A stretch of 64,000 nucleotides of DNA, from assembly GCA_034422875.1 (NCBI GenBank), contig DAOUJI010000107.1, positions 6,260 to 70,259 on the forward strand. Reading direction: 5' to 3'. Under the pieces are notes generated by a model, which was given only the letters and a program-made list of their open reading frames with translations, was not told the origin of the DNA and did no database searches. The DNA is from Dehalococcoidia bacterium. Lineage in GTDB: Bacteria; Chloroflexota; Dehalococcoidia; Lucifugimonadales; JAGWBF01. Positions 36,039-44,541 of the stretch are shown here, one piece after another. Positions within the stretch are counted from its first letter, which is position 1; every line of letters begins with the position of its first letter. The position numbers and the translations under genes were made by a program.

Positions 36039-37130
36039 ATGACCTCGGACATTCTGGACACTGTCAGGTCCAAAGTCGAGGCTGCGGACCGCATCACCAA
36101 CGACGAAGCCCTCTTCCTGATGCGTGAGGCCAACATCCTGGACCTGGCCCCCCTGGCCCAGACCGTAAGGCAACGCCACAACCCCCAGGACGACGTCACC
36201 TTCGTCGTAGACACCAACCTCAACTACACGAACGTCTGCGACGCCTATTGCACCTTCTGCGCCTTCTACCGCACCGAGAGAGACGACGACGCCTACACCC
36301 ACTCTGTGGACGAGGTCATGGAGATGCTGGGGCAGGCCCGGGACAAGGGTGTCACCACCGTCCTGATGCAGGGCGGGCTAAACCCCAAGCTGCCCTTCCA
36401 GTACTACCTGGACCTGGTCAGCGAGTCCCGCCGCAGGTACCCGGAAATCCATCCCCATTTCTTCTCAGCCCCTGAAATCATGAAGATGTCCGAAGTGTCG
36501 AAACTGTCCGTGCATGACGTCCTGGCCCAGCTTAAGGACGCAGGGCTCCAGACCATCCCCGGCGGCGGCTCCGAGATTCTGTCCAACCGGGTGAAGCACA
36601 AAATCAGCCGCCTCTTCCCCAAGGGCAAGGTGGACGACTGGACGTTGGTCCACAGCGAGGCCCACAAGCTGGGCTACAAGACCACGGCCACCATGATGTA
36701 CGGCCACCTGGAAGACGACGAGGACGTAGTCGAGCACCTCGACCACATACGACAGGTGCAGGAGGAGAACGGCGGCTTCACGGCCTTTATTCCGTGGAGC
36801 TACAAGAAGGACAACACTGCTCTGGGCAAGCGGGTGAAACAGGAAGCGGGCCCCAACTCTTATCTCCGCATCATGGCAGTTTCCCGCATCTACCTGGACA
36901 ACTTCCCCCACATCCAGGCGTCATGGTTCTCCGAGGGAAAGAAGACCGGCCAGGTCGCTCTCCATTTCGGAGGAGACGACTTCGGCGGCACCCTGTTCGA
37001 CGAGAACGTGATGCAGGAAGCGGGCTTCTACAACCGCACGACAGTGGACGAGGTCTGCAACATCATCCGCGACGCCGGCTTCACCCCCGTCCAGCGCAAC
37101 ACCCTCTACGACATAGTCAAGCGCTGGTAG
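36039..37130 (+). CDS. futalosine-pathway radical SAM enzyme (MqnC/MqnE family, second paralog)
   Basis: Starts MTSDILDTVRSKVEAADRITNDEALFLM. NLNYTNVCDAYCTFCAFYR, GGFTAFIPWSY, HIQASWFSEGK. The ATG is 2 nt after the mqnA stop. Confidence 0.7.
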   Translation: MTSDILDTVRSKVEAADRITNDEALFLMREANILDLAPLAQTVRQRHNPQDDVTFVVDTNLNYTNVCDAYCTFCAFYRTERDDDAYTHSVDEVMEMLGQARDKGVTTVLMQGGLNPKLPFQYYLDLVSESRRRYPEIHPHFFSAPEIMKMSEVSKLSVHDVLAQLKDAGLQTIPGGGSEILSNRVKHKISRLFPKGKVDDWTLVHSEAHKLGYKTTATMMYGHLEDDEDVVEHLDHIRQVQEENGGFTAFIPWSYKKDNTALGKRVKQEAGPNSYLRIMAVSRIYLDNFPHIQASWFSEGKKTGQVALHFGGDDFGGTLFDENVMQEAGFYNRTTVDEVCNIIRDAGFTPVQRNTLYDIVKRW

Positions 37131-37154
37131 CAGATTGACCTGATGACTAATGGC

Positions 37155-37182
37155 GTAGGGGCGACCGGCCGGTCGCCCCTAC
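37155..37182 (+). repeat. perfect 28-nt GC-rich palindrome (REP-like)
   Basis: GTAGGGGCGACC GGCC GGTCGCCCCTAC. Confidence 0.7.
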
Positions 37183-37315
37183 AAATGAATCTATATTCAG
37201 AGTTTACGTGGCTTGGCACGAGCGGCCCGAAGTCTGGCATGCCCCTAGTCCACGTCTACGGCCTGGCCTGTTTCGATGGTGCGATAGATGGCTGGGATCG
37301 TGGGTGCCCTGACAG

Positions 37316-37588
37316 TCATACGCCCTGGACTATCAGGGTGGCCAACATGCCGATCAGGGCTGCCATTACGCCACCGCCTATACCCAAGACTGCAAAAAAT
37401 AATCGGTCGATGCGGGCGTTGACTTCGTTAATCCTGGACTCGACTTGGGTAATACGGGCAGACATCTCTAACATCCCGGCCCTGAGGTCCTGCTGACCCG
37501 CCCTCAGGTCCTGGAGAGCCGCTGAAATTTCGACCATTCGACCTTCCAGCGTTCCCAGCCGTGTCGCCAATTCCGTTTCCGTAGCCAT
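37316..37588 (-). CDS. small coiled-coil protein with C-terminal transmembrane helix
   Basis: 90 aa. It has a repetitive DLRAGQQDLRAGM and ESRINEVNARIDRL coiled-coil segment, then FFAVLGIGGGVMAALIGMLATLIV. Confidence 0.5.
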   Translation of the reverse strand: MATETELATRLGTLEGRMVEISAALQDLRAGQQDLRAGMLEMSARITQVESRINEVNARIDRLFFAVLGIGGGVMAALIGMLATLIVQGV

Positions 37589-37610
37589 ATTCGCCGCTTT
37601 CTATACCATT

Positions 37611-38696
37611 TTAGTCAACGTAGGAGTCGACGTCTACGGCTTGGCCGGTTTCGGCGGCGCGGTAGATGGCCAAGGCCGTCTGCACCGTCTTCTTGGCGAA
37701 ATGGGCTTCCAGGTCCGGCTGTGTGCCCGCCAGGATGGAGTTGACGAAGTGCTGGGCCGACCTGTTGAAACCCTCGGACCAGATGTGAGGCACGTCATAG
37801 GGGATGGTCTCTGTGCCGGTGACTAAAAGCACCGGCGGAAGGTCCATGATTTCCCCTGTGCACCGGGTGACGTGTATCACACCCTTGGAACCGTGAATCT
37901 CGAAATAGTTGTCGGAGCGGCCAAAGGTGCTGCGGATGGGCATCTCGTAGCCGAAACTCTCGTCCAGAACGCCCAGACACTCCCGGTCCTTGTACTTCCA
38001 GATGGCGGCTATGGGGGCCTCCATGTGCCAGTCCCGTGCAGCGCCGCCTTCCGTGGGCCTGCGGACGATGCCCTGGACCGTCTCAATCTCACCGATCCAT
38101 TTCATTGCTGTGGCGAGCTTGTGGACACCGTCGTCGAACAACATGCCGCCCGCCGCCAGCGACGGGTCCCTCTTCCAGGCCAAGGGATTGTCGTCCGGCG
38201 GGAGAGCCGAGTTCACAACGGAGCCGCCCCTGGTGGTGTGTATCCGCACCAGTGAAGGCTCTCCAATGGCGCCCTCGTCGATAAGCTCCTTTGCTTTCTC
38301 AATAGGAGGGTAGAAGAAGAAGTTCTCTGTGACCCGGTAGTAGGTGTTGGCCTTCTCGGCGGCGGCGATAATCCGGTCAGCCTCAGCCACGGTGTTGCAC
38401 ATGGGTTTCTGGCACGAGACGTGCTTGCCCGCTTCCAGCGCCGCCACGACCTGGTCGGCGTGCATGTAGATGGGAGTGAGCAGCTCGATGGCGTCGATGT
38501 TGGGGTCGTTGAGCACCTGCTCGAAACTGGGGTAAATCCGAGGCTCGATTCTCCACTTGCGGGCCTGGTCCGACGCCCTGTCGGTCAGGGGGTCACAGAT
38601 AGCGTAGACCTCACAATTCGCCTCTTGGAGATACCCTGGCACATTCATGTTGGATATGCGCCCACAACCCACAATCGCCATACGAACCTTGTCCAT
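37611..38696 (-). CDS. Gfo/Idh/MocA-family oxidoreductase
   Basis: MAIVGCGRISNMNVPGY Rossmann N-terminus. AAGGGGGA RBS. Confidence 0.85.
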   Translation of the reverse strand: MDKVRMAIVGCGRISNMNVPGYLQEANCEVYAICDPLTDRASDQARKWRIEPRIYPSFEQVLNDPNIDAIELLTPIYMHADQVVAALEAGKHVSCQKPMCNTVAEADRIIAAAEKANTYYRVTENFFFYPPIEKAKELIDEGAIGEPSLVRIHTTRGGSVVNSALPPDDNPLAWKRDPSLAAGGMLFDDGVHKLATAMKWIGEIETVQGIVRRPTEGGAARDWHMEAPIAAIWKYKDRECLGVLDESFGYEMPIRSTFGRSDNYFEIHGSKGVIHVTRCTGEIMDLPPVLLVTGTETIPYDVPHIWSEGFNRSAQHFVNSILAGTQPDLEAHFAKKTVQTALAIYRAAETGQAVDVDSYVD

Positions 38697-38716
38697 CTTA
38701 CGTCCCCCTTTTCACG

Positions 38717-39574
38717 CTATGCGCCGAGGATGTCCCCCAGTATGTCCAAAGAGGGAACCTCCGAAATGATCCCGCGTTCTTTGGCCTTGGAGTACATGGT
38801 CTCAAGGGCCTTTGCACCCTCCTGTCCCATGTTGACCGTGTCCTCATTAACGTACATCTTGACGAATCGGCGGCAGGTCTCCCTGTCGATGCCCCGGCCA
38901 AAAGGCAGGGAATAGTCAACCGCGTCGTCTTCGTGGTCCAGTGCGTACTTTATGGAGGAGCCAAAAGCCTCGGTGACCCGCAGGCTGGCGTCCTCTCCCA
39001 GCCTCCTGTGCACCACGTCGATGCCCAGAGGAATAGGCAGCCCCGTGTCTCTGCCCCATTCGACGCCCAGGTCCATCAGGTTTGTGAATCCCTGGGACTG
39101 CCAGGTTATCTGCCCTTCGTGGATGATGAGGCCGGCATCCACCTCGCCCGATTTGACGGCGTCTCCTACTGCGTCGAAGTTAAGGAACACGGGCTCAAAA
39201 GGCCGTTCGAGATATATTCTGAGAAGCAGATAGGCGGTGGTGTAGGGGCCAGGGATGCCGATTCTCTTGCCCTCCAGGTCGGCAAGGCTACCAGGGCCGC
39301 CAGAGCCTTTCCCCAAGAGAATAGGCCCGTAGTTCCGTCCGATGGATGAGCCGCACACCATGATGCGGTACTGGTCGGCGACCATGGGGTAGGAGGCTGC
39401 GGAGATGGCTGTCACCTCAAGCTCACCCTGGAGCGCCCGCTTGTTGAGGGACTCAATGTCCTCAAGGACCTGCTCGACCCGGAAGCCGTCGATGGTCACC
39501 TTGCCCGCTGCAAAGGCGTAGAACATGAAAGCGTCGTCGGCGTCGGGGCTGTGTCCTATGCGCAAAGTCTCCAT
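38717..39574 (-). CDS. mqnD: 1,4-dihydroxy-6-naphthoate synthase (MqnD-like)
   Basis: METLRIGHSPDADDAFMFYAFAAGKV...EDIESLNKRA resembles the MqnD N-terminus. The longer ORF to 39790 overlaps the divergent gene and is rejected. Confidence 0.7.
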   Translation of the reverse strand: METLRIGHSPDADDAFMFYAFAAGKVTIDGFRVEQVLEDIESLNKRALQGELEVTAISAASYPMVADQYRIMVCGSSIGRNYGPILLGKGSGGPGSLADLEGKRIGIPGPYTTAYLLLRIYLERPFEPVFLNFDAVGDAVKSGEVDAGLIIHEGQITWQSQGFTNLMDLGVEWGRDTGLPIPLGIDVVHRRLGEDASLRVTEAFGSSIKYALDHEDDAVDYSLPFGRGIDRETCRRFVKMYVNEDTVNMGQEGAKALETMYSKAKERGIISEVPSLDILGDILGA

Positions 39575-39740
39575 GAATCGTCTCGAACGGGGCCGCTCAA
39601 GTATATGGCATGGGGCTATGGGAGTAAAGGAGCGCGGCTGACAGCGACTCTGACGCCGTGCTAAGATTCCTAATCCGCCGAGCAGGGCCGCAGCCAGCGG
39701 GACCTCACGGCAGACCTCTCCCTTCGGGGGGGTTACGTTA

Positions 39741-40604
39741 ATGAAAGTCACCGATCTCACAGCCAGCCGGGGCGACCAGCCTGTTTTCATCTGCGACTTC
39801 TCCCCGCCCAGGTTTGCCGACTGGAACGTAGTCCAGCGGGCGGCGGAGCTAAGCGCCGACTTCTTGTGCGTGGCCTACAACCCCGGTAAAGCCGTGCGGG
39901 TGGACTCTGCCATGCTGGCGTCGGCGATAAAGACTCACACTGGGAAGGAGACCGTCTTCAACCTGGCCACCCGGGACATGAACAGACTGGCCCTGCAGAC
40001 CCATCTGCTGGGCGCCCAGATGCTAGGGCTGGAAAACGTGGTGGCGGTCAAGGGCGACGACTTCACCCCGCGTGACCTGGAACGGGTCAGACCTGTGGAT
40101 GACTACCTGCCCACGGAGCTGATACGGGGCGCTGCAACCCTTAACCAGGGGGTGGACTTCAGAGGTTCCCAGCTAAGGGCGCCAACGGATCTGTGTGTCG
40201 GCGCCTCCATCGACCTGGGGCGTGGTGTCCAAAAGGAGGCCGCCCTGGCCCACCGCAAAGTCCAGGCAGGCGCCCAGTTCTTCATCACCCAGCCAGTTTT
40301 CAGCATGGCCGAGATAGACGCCTTCCATGCCGCATACCGGGAAGCCGCTGGTCATGAAATGGAAGTCCCAGTGTTTTTCGGGCTTCAGGTGATGATACAG
40401 GGAGGTGTGGTCTTTTCAGGGGTGCCGGAGAGCGTTCGGGACGAGTTGGACAGGGGCAGAGACGGCTCGGACATGGCACTGGAACTCCTCAGCTCCTTCA
40501 CAGAGAACGGTGTGAACCGCATCTATCTGGTGCCTCCAATACTCAAAGGCGGGGCCAGGGACTATCCCGCGGCCCAGCGGGTGCTAGACGGGTTCTACGG
40601 GTAG
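39741..40604 (+). CDS. methylenetetrahydrofolate reductase-like protein
   Basis: TIM-barrel MetF-like pattern (VFNLATRDMNR..L...LLGA...G..NVVAVKGD, AQFFITQPVF). Confidence 0.65.
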   Translation: MKVTDLTASRGDQPVFICDFSPPRFADWNVVQRAAELSADFLCVAYNPGKAVRVDSAMLASAIKTHTGKETVFNLATRDMNRLALQTHLLGAQMLGLENVVAVKGDDFTPRDLERVRPVDDYLPTELIRGAATLNQGVDFRGSQLRAPTDLCVGASIDLGRGVQKEAALAHRKVQAGAQFFITQPVFSMAEIDAFHAAYREAAGHEMEVPVFFGLQVMIQGGVVFSGVPESVRDELDRGRDGSDMALELLSSFTENGVNRIYLVPPILKGGARDYPAAQRVLDGFYG

Positions 40605-40648
40605 CCCGAACTTACAACAACTGCATTAACAACAAGAGAGGTGCAACT

Positions 40649-41131
40649 ATGGCGTCGCTACAGGAAGAAGTTGGGCAACAGCTCGCGGAAAAAGGACTCA
40701 AAATCGCGGTGGCTGAAGCCTGCACCGGCGGGCTGGTGGGCTCCAAGATTATCAGCGTGCCCGGTAGTTCCAAGTATTTCATCGGCGGGGTAATCGCCTA
40801 CACCGGCGGCTCCAAGACCAAGGTGCTTGGGGTCTCCCAGGAAGTCATGGACACCGAGGGCTCGGTCAGTCCTAAGACTGCCGTAGCGATGGCGGAGAGG
40901 GCATGGAGGCTCATGGAAGCCGACGTAGGAGTCTCGACCACGGGAGTCGCAGGGCCCGGTCCAGGCAGACCGGGCTTCCCGGTGGGACTGTTTTACATCG
41001 GGCTATCCGCTGCCGACGGCTATGAGGCTTCCAGGGAACTGCGTTGGAACGATGACCGGAACGGGAACCGGGACCGGACAGCCGACGCGGTGTTGGAAAT
41101 GGTCAAGGAATACCTGGCCCAGAAGAGCTGA
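40649..41131 (+). CDS. CinA-family nicotinamide-nucleotide amidohydrolase domain protein
   Basis: IAVAEACTGGLVGSKI and VSTTGVAGPG motifs. Confidence 0.85.
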   Translation: MASLQEEVGQQLAEKGLKIAVAEACTGGLVGSKIISVPGSSKYFIGGVIAYTGGSKTKVLGVSQEVMDTEGSVSPKTAVAMAERAWRLMEADVGVSTTGVAGPGPGRPGFPVGLFYIGLSAADGYEASRELRWNDDRNGNRDRTADAVLEMVKEYLAQKS

Positions 41132-41179
41132 CGGTAGAGCCGATTTCTCGTATTGCACGCGAAGACCTTTGGACAACTG

Positions 41180-41205
41180 GTAGGGGCAACCCTCGTGGTT
41201 GCCCT
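41180..41205 (+). repeat. GC-rich palindromic element
   Basis: GTAGGGGCAACC CTCGT GGTTGCCCT. Confidence 0.55.
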
Positions 41206-41229
41206 GTTCCCCGACTGGACGACACCTTT

Positions 41230-41255
41230 GGGCGACCACAAGAGTCGCCCCTACA
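41230..41255 (+). repeat. GC-rich palindromic element
   Basis: GGGCGAC CACAAGA GTCGCCCCTACA. Confidence 0.55.
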
Positions 41256-41323
41256 GGTTTCGCTGGCGGTCCGTGGCGCCCCATCGCCGCCTTCTCTCGA
41301 CGGTGGAGAAGGGACAATATGCC

Positions 41324-41356
41324 CCCTCTCCCAGGGGAGAGGGTTGGGGTGAGGGT
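41324..41356 (+). repeat. CCCTCTCCC-A-GGGGAGAGGG hairpin plus TTGGGGTGAGGGT tail
   Basis: Same family as 19650..19683. Confidence 0.6.
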
Positions 41357-41372
41357 ATGACCCTCCCCTAGG

Positions 41373-42308
41373 CTAGGCCGGAGCCTCTTCTCCGCCGCCG
41401 CCGTACACTTCCGCAACCGGCGCTGGGCGACCCTCATCGGCTGCTAGAGCCGTGCCCATCGCCAGAATGGCAACCTCTATCTGGCTGTCATCGGGTTGGC
41501 GCGTCGTGAGCTTCTGCAGCGTTAGCCCTGGAATGGCGAACAGTTGCGTTATCGGGTTGTCCCGATGCGCGCCGCTGAACCGTATGACCTCATAGCTCAG
41601 GGCGGCAATGATGGGAATAAAAATCACCCGCGAAGTAATCAACCACCAGAGAGGTTCTCTGCCCAGAAAGGCAAACACCAGAATGGCCACCACCGCTACG
41701 GTGAGAAGGAAGGCTGTCCCGCACCTGGGATGGGCCGTGGGGAATTGGCGCACGTGCTCTACGTCCAGAGGAAGGCCCGCCTCATGAGTGTGGACAGCCA
41801 TGTGCTCTGCGCCGTGATACGCGAAAACCCGGCGTATGTCGGGCATGAGTCCTATCAGCCCTATATACCCTACCAGCAGGATCAACCGAATCACGCCTTC
41901 GATGAGGTTGACCAGAGGGTCGGACGAGAAGACGTCTTCCAGTGGGCGTGTTGCGAAAAGGGGCGTGAGAAAGAAGATGCCTATGCCGAGAGCCAGTGAG
42001 AAAGCAATCACTATGGCCATCGTCCATTTCGACACTTCTTCCTGGCCGTCGGTCTGGTCCTCCACGGCAATGAGCGCCGACTTGTTGAGGGCCTTGATTC
42101 CCAGGCTCAGGGTTTCGATGAGGACCAGAATGCCCCGTATCAGGGGGACCTGGCGGAGCTTACCGGTGTATATCTGGCTTAACGGCTCGGACAGGGTGTG
42201 TATCTGCCCGTCGATCCGCCTTACTGCGAGGCTGTAATGACGGCGACCCCGTATCATCACGCCTTCGATGACCGCCTGACCGCCGTAGAAAAATGGTTGC
42301 TGAGACAA
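41373..42308 (-). CDS. DUF1385 domain membrane protein
   Basis: FYGGQAVIEGVMIRG N-terminus, multiple TM helices, HGAEH motif. TTG start. Confidence 0.8.
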   Translation of the reverse strand: MSQQPFFYGGQAVIEGVMIRGRRHYSLAVRRIDGQIHTLSEPLSQIYTGKLRQVPLIRGILVLIETLSLGIKALNKSALIAVEDQTDGQEEVSKWTMAIVIAFSLALGIGIFFLTPLFATRPLEDVFSSDPLVNLIEGVIRLILLVGYIGLIGLMPDIRRVFAYHGAEHMAVHTHEAGLPLDVEHVRQFPTAHPRCGTAFLLTVAVVAILVFAFLGREPLWWLITSRVIFIPIIAALSYEVIRFSGAHRDNPITQLFAIPGLTLQKLTTRQPDDSQIEVAILAMGTALAADEGRPAPVAEVYGGGGEEAPA

Positions 42309-42351
42309 GCTCGGCTCCTATGCTCCTACCGAGAAGGACCTTGCCGTTACA

Positions 42352-42372
42352 CCCTCTCCACCCGGGAGAGGG
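42352..42372 (+). repeat. CCCTCTCC-loop-GGAGAGGG hairpin (family member without tail), downstream of rpmE
   Basis: 8-bp stem. It lies between the rpmE stop and the DUF1385 gene start. Confidence 0.45.
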
Positions 42373-42499
42373 CGCTTCCATACATGACCGCAAACCCTGG
42401 ATTCCGGCCTGCGCCGGAATGACGGAAGTTGAGTAGAGGTCTCCCAAGGGGAAAAGGCGAAGTCGCCGTCAATTTGCATAGGAACGGCCGGGGGGCGAC

Positions 42500-42700
42500 C
42501 TACTCCATCTTGAAGCGGCGCCTCAGCCTTTCGATGCGACCCTCGGTGTCGACGACGCGCTGCTGCCCCGTGTAGAAGGGATGGCAGCGGCTGCATATCT
42601 CAACTCTCAGGGCGCCTTTGGTGGCCGCCGTTTGAAACACATTGCCGCATGAGCAGGTGATTGTTGCGGCCTCGAAATTAGGGTGGATTTCCTTCTTCAT
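42500..42700 (-). CDS. rpmE: 50S ribosomal protein L31
   Basis: MKKEIHPNF...CSCG...[10 protein letters not shown]. Confidence 0.95.
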   Translation of the reverse strand: MKKEIHPNFEAATITCSCGNVFQTAATKGALRVEICSRCHPFYTGQQRVVDTEGRIERLRRRFKME

Positions 42701-42719
42701 GTCGCTGTCCTGTTGGCGC

Positions 42720-42977
42720 CTAGCTGGCGGGATACACGCTGGCCCGTTTTCGGTCCTTGGTGTCCCATTCGAATTTCACTCTTCCGTCTATGAGGGAGTA
42801 CAGTGTGAAGTCACGTCCGAGCCCTACGTTGCGGCCGGGCCTGATGCGGGTGCCCCGCTGCCGGACGATAATGGAGCCGCCTCTGACCTGTTGCCCGTCG
42901 TAACGCTTTACGCCCAGCATCTTGGGTTTGCTGTCGCGGCCGTTTCTGGAGCTTCCTCCGGCCTTCTTATGAGCCAT
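42720..42977 (-). CDS. rpmA: 50S ribosomal protein L27
   Basis: [17 protein letters not shown]-terminus. Confidence 0.95.
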   Translation of the reverse strand: MAHKKAGGSSRNGRDSKPKMLGVKRYDGQQVRGGSIIVRQRGTRIRPGRNVGLGRDFTLYSLIDGRVKFEWDTKDRKRASVYPAS

Positions 42978-43527
42978 TGTCGCTCTCCTCTTCGCCGTCA
43001 GCCTCGTCGGAGGCTTCCTCTGCGTCTTCTTCTATATCGTCGTCCTCAACCGTTTCGTCGTCGGACGTTTCTTCGTCCGCGAGCTCCTCTTCGGTCTCTT
43101 CGGCCTCGTCTACCGGTTCCTCCAGGGCCTCGGCCTCATCAACCGGCTGCTCCGGTTCCACGTCTTCGGGCACAACCACTTCATCAAGCGCTGGAATTCC
43201 CACGTCCTCGCCGTCCAGCATGATGGCCGTGATTGCCAGCCTGGTGTACGGCTGCCGGTGGCCCCGCTTGACCCTGTAGCGCACCTTACGCTTGTACTTG
43301 AAGACGATGATCTTGTCATCTTTAATCTGGTCCTGGACGTTTGCCAGCACGGAAGCGTTCTCGACCACGGGTGCGCCCAGTACGATGCCGTCGTCCTTGG
43401 ATACAGCCAGGATGTCCCCCAGCTCAATGGACGACCCCGGCTCCACCGGAAGCTTGTCCACGTCGATAACGTCCCCAGGGCGGACCCTGTACTGTTTCCC
43501 ACCGGATTTTAATATTGCATAAGCCAT
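42967..43527 (-). CDS. rplU: 50S ribosomal protein L21 with long acidic C-terminal extension
   Basis: [15 protein letters not shown]... core of about 100 aa, then about 80 aa rich in D/E. ATG at 43527. The 3' end overlaps the rpmA start by 11 nt. Confidence 0.9.
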   Translation of the reverse strand: MAYAILKSGGKQYRVRPGDVIDVDKLPVEPGSSIELGDILAVSKDDGIVLGAPVVENASVLANVQDQIKDDKIIVFKYKRKVRYRVKRGHRQPYTRLAITAIMLDGEDVGIPALDEVVVPEDVEPEQPVDEAEALEEPVDEAEETEEELADEETSDDETVEDDDIEEDAEEASDEADGEEESDNGS

Positions 43528-43544
43528 GTTATCCCCAACTGGGT

Positions 43545-43574
43545 ATTGTATGCGCCGTCCAAAGGGAGTGTCAA
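43545..43574 (-). promoter_or_regulatory. putative rplU-rpmA-rpmE promoter
   Basis: Reverse strand reads TTGACA - 18 nt - TACAAT. This lies about 18 nt upstream of the rplU ATG and 25 nt downstream of the transposase stop. Confidence 0.5.
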
Positions 43575-43598
43575 CAAAACCGGACACCGGGTGGTGAC

Positions 43599-44435
43599 TC
43601 AGTTTGAATTAATCTCTTTCAAAATCCACTCGAACCCATATTGCTTGTCCACCAAGCCAGCCGCCTGAGCGGGCGTCTGTTTCAATGTCTTGTGAATCCT
43701 ACAGAAGTTGTACCAGCCGAAATAGAGGGCCAGAGCGTGACAGTGGTTTTCCAGCTTCTTACAAAAAGCGTTGGTGAGTCGGGTGTGCCGACGTAGGGAC
43801 ATGCGGGTTGTTAGATTGTGTCGCTCAACGTGGGAAGTGCTTATGTCCTCTTGGGCCGGATTCCCGACAACCCGAACCCTCTTTGCACTTACGCAATAAG
43901 CGGGGCTATAACGACCGCTGGGAATCGACGGACCCGCCCCGTAGAGCTTCACCAGGTGGCCGTAGTCCACGTATCCCTCGAAAGCTCCCTCTACGGCTTC
44001 TAGGTAGGCCCTGTAGCCGTCTGTGGTCAACTGGACACGGTTGGCAAGCCGTTCTCTCAAATCATCCATGAATTCAATGGCGTAGCCGCCGTCCCTGCCA
44101 GGGCTGACAAGCCAAGAGATTATGAGCTTGGAGTCGCTGTCCAGGCCCGTCCATGTCCAAACATCCCCTGCTCCCTCTGGAGCGGCGTCCGAACGGTCTA
44201 CGTTCTTGGCCTTGGCGTAGCAGAAACTCCAGATTTCGTCACATTGGACACGGCTGGCGTGGACGTCCCGCACACGCTCATTGTGGATGCGTTCACAGGC
44301 AATGCCAGCGTCAACTAGGAGCTTGGTGACGGTGTTTATGGAGACTCCAACCACACGGGAGATTGACCGCATGGAAGAGCCTTCGACCAACATGTTGAGT
44401 ATCTGAATCCGCTTGTGTTCAGGCAGTTTGTTCAT
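43599..44435 (-). mobile_element. IS1-family-like single-ORF transposase gene
   Basis: N-terminal HTH (RIQILNMLVEGSSMRSISRVVGVSINTV) and a DDE-type core (VQCDEIWSF...WTWTGLDSDSKL...LTTDGYRAY). Lower GC. Terminal inverted repeats could not be defined. Confidence 0.65.
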
Positions 44436-44541
44436 GCCTGAAGCATATAGTATTCACGAGCAATTGGCAAGCATTTAGGTCAGATTGAGTAAGGTGTTAA
44501 AAACACTAGGTGAACTTGCACCTAGGGTTTTGGGTGACAAG

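Noticed and set aside
41180-41356. Possible CRISPR array, given several palindromic repeats close together
   Set aside because: The repeats belong to two different families, are not regularly spaced, have no unique spacers of constant length, and have no cas genes nearby. They are REP-like elements.
43575-44540. Terminal inverted repeats and target-site duplication for the IS1-like element
   Set aside because: Only a 10-nt 8/10 inverted match was found, and it overlaps the transposase stop codon. The 7-bp hairpin CTAGGTG-N6-CACCTAG at about 44508..44528 has no partner at the other end. The element boundaries are therefore left undefined.
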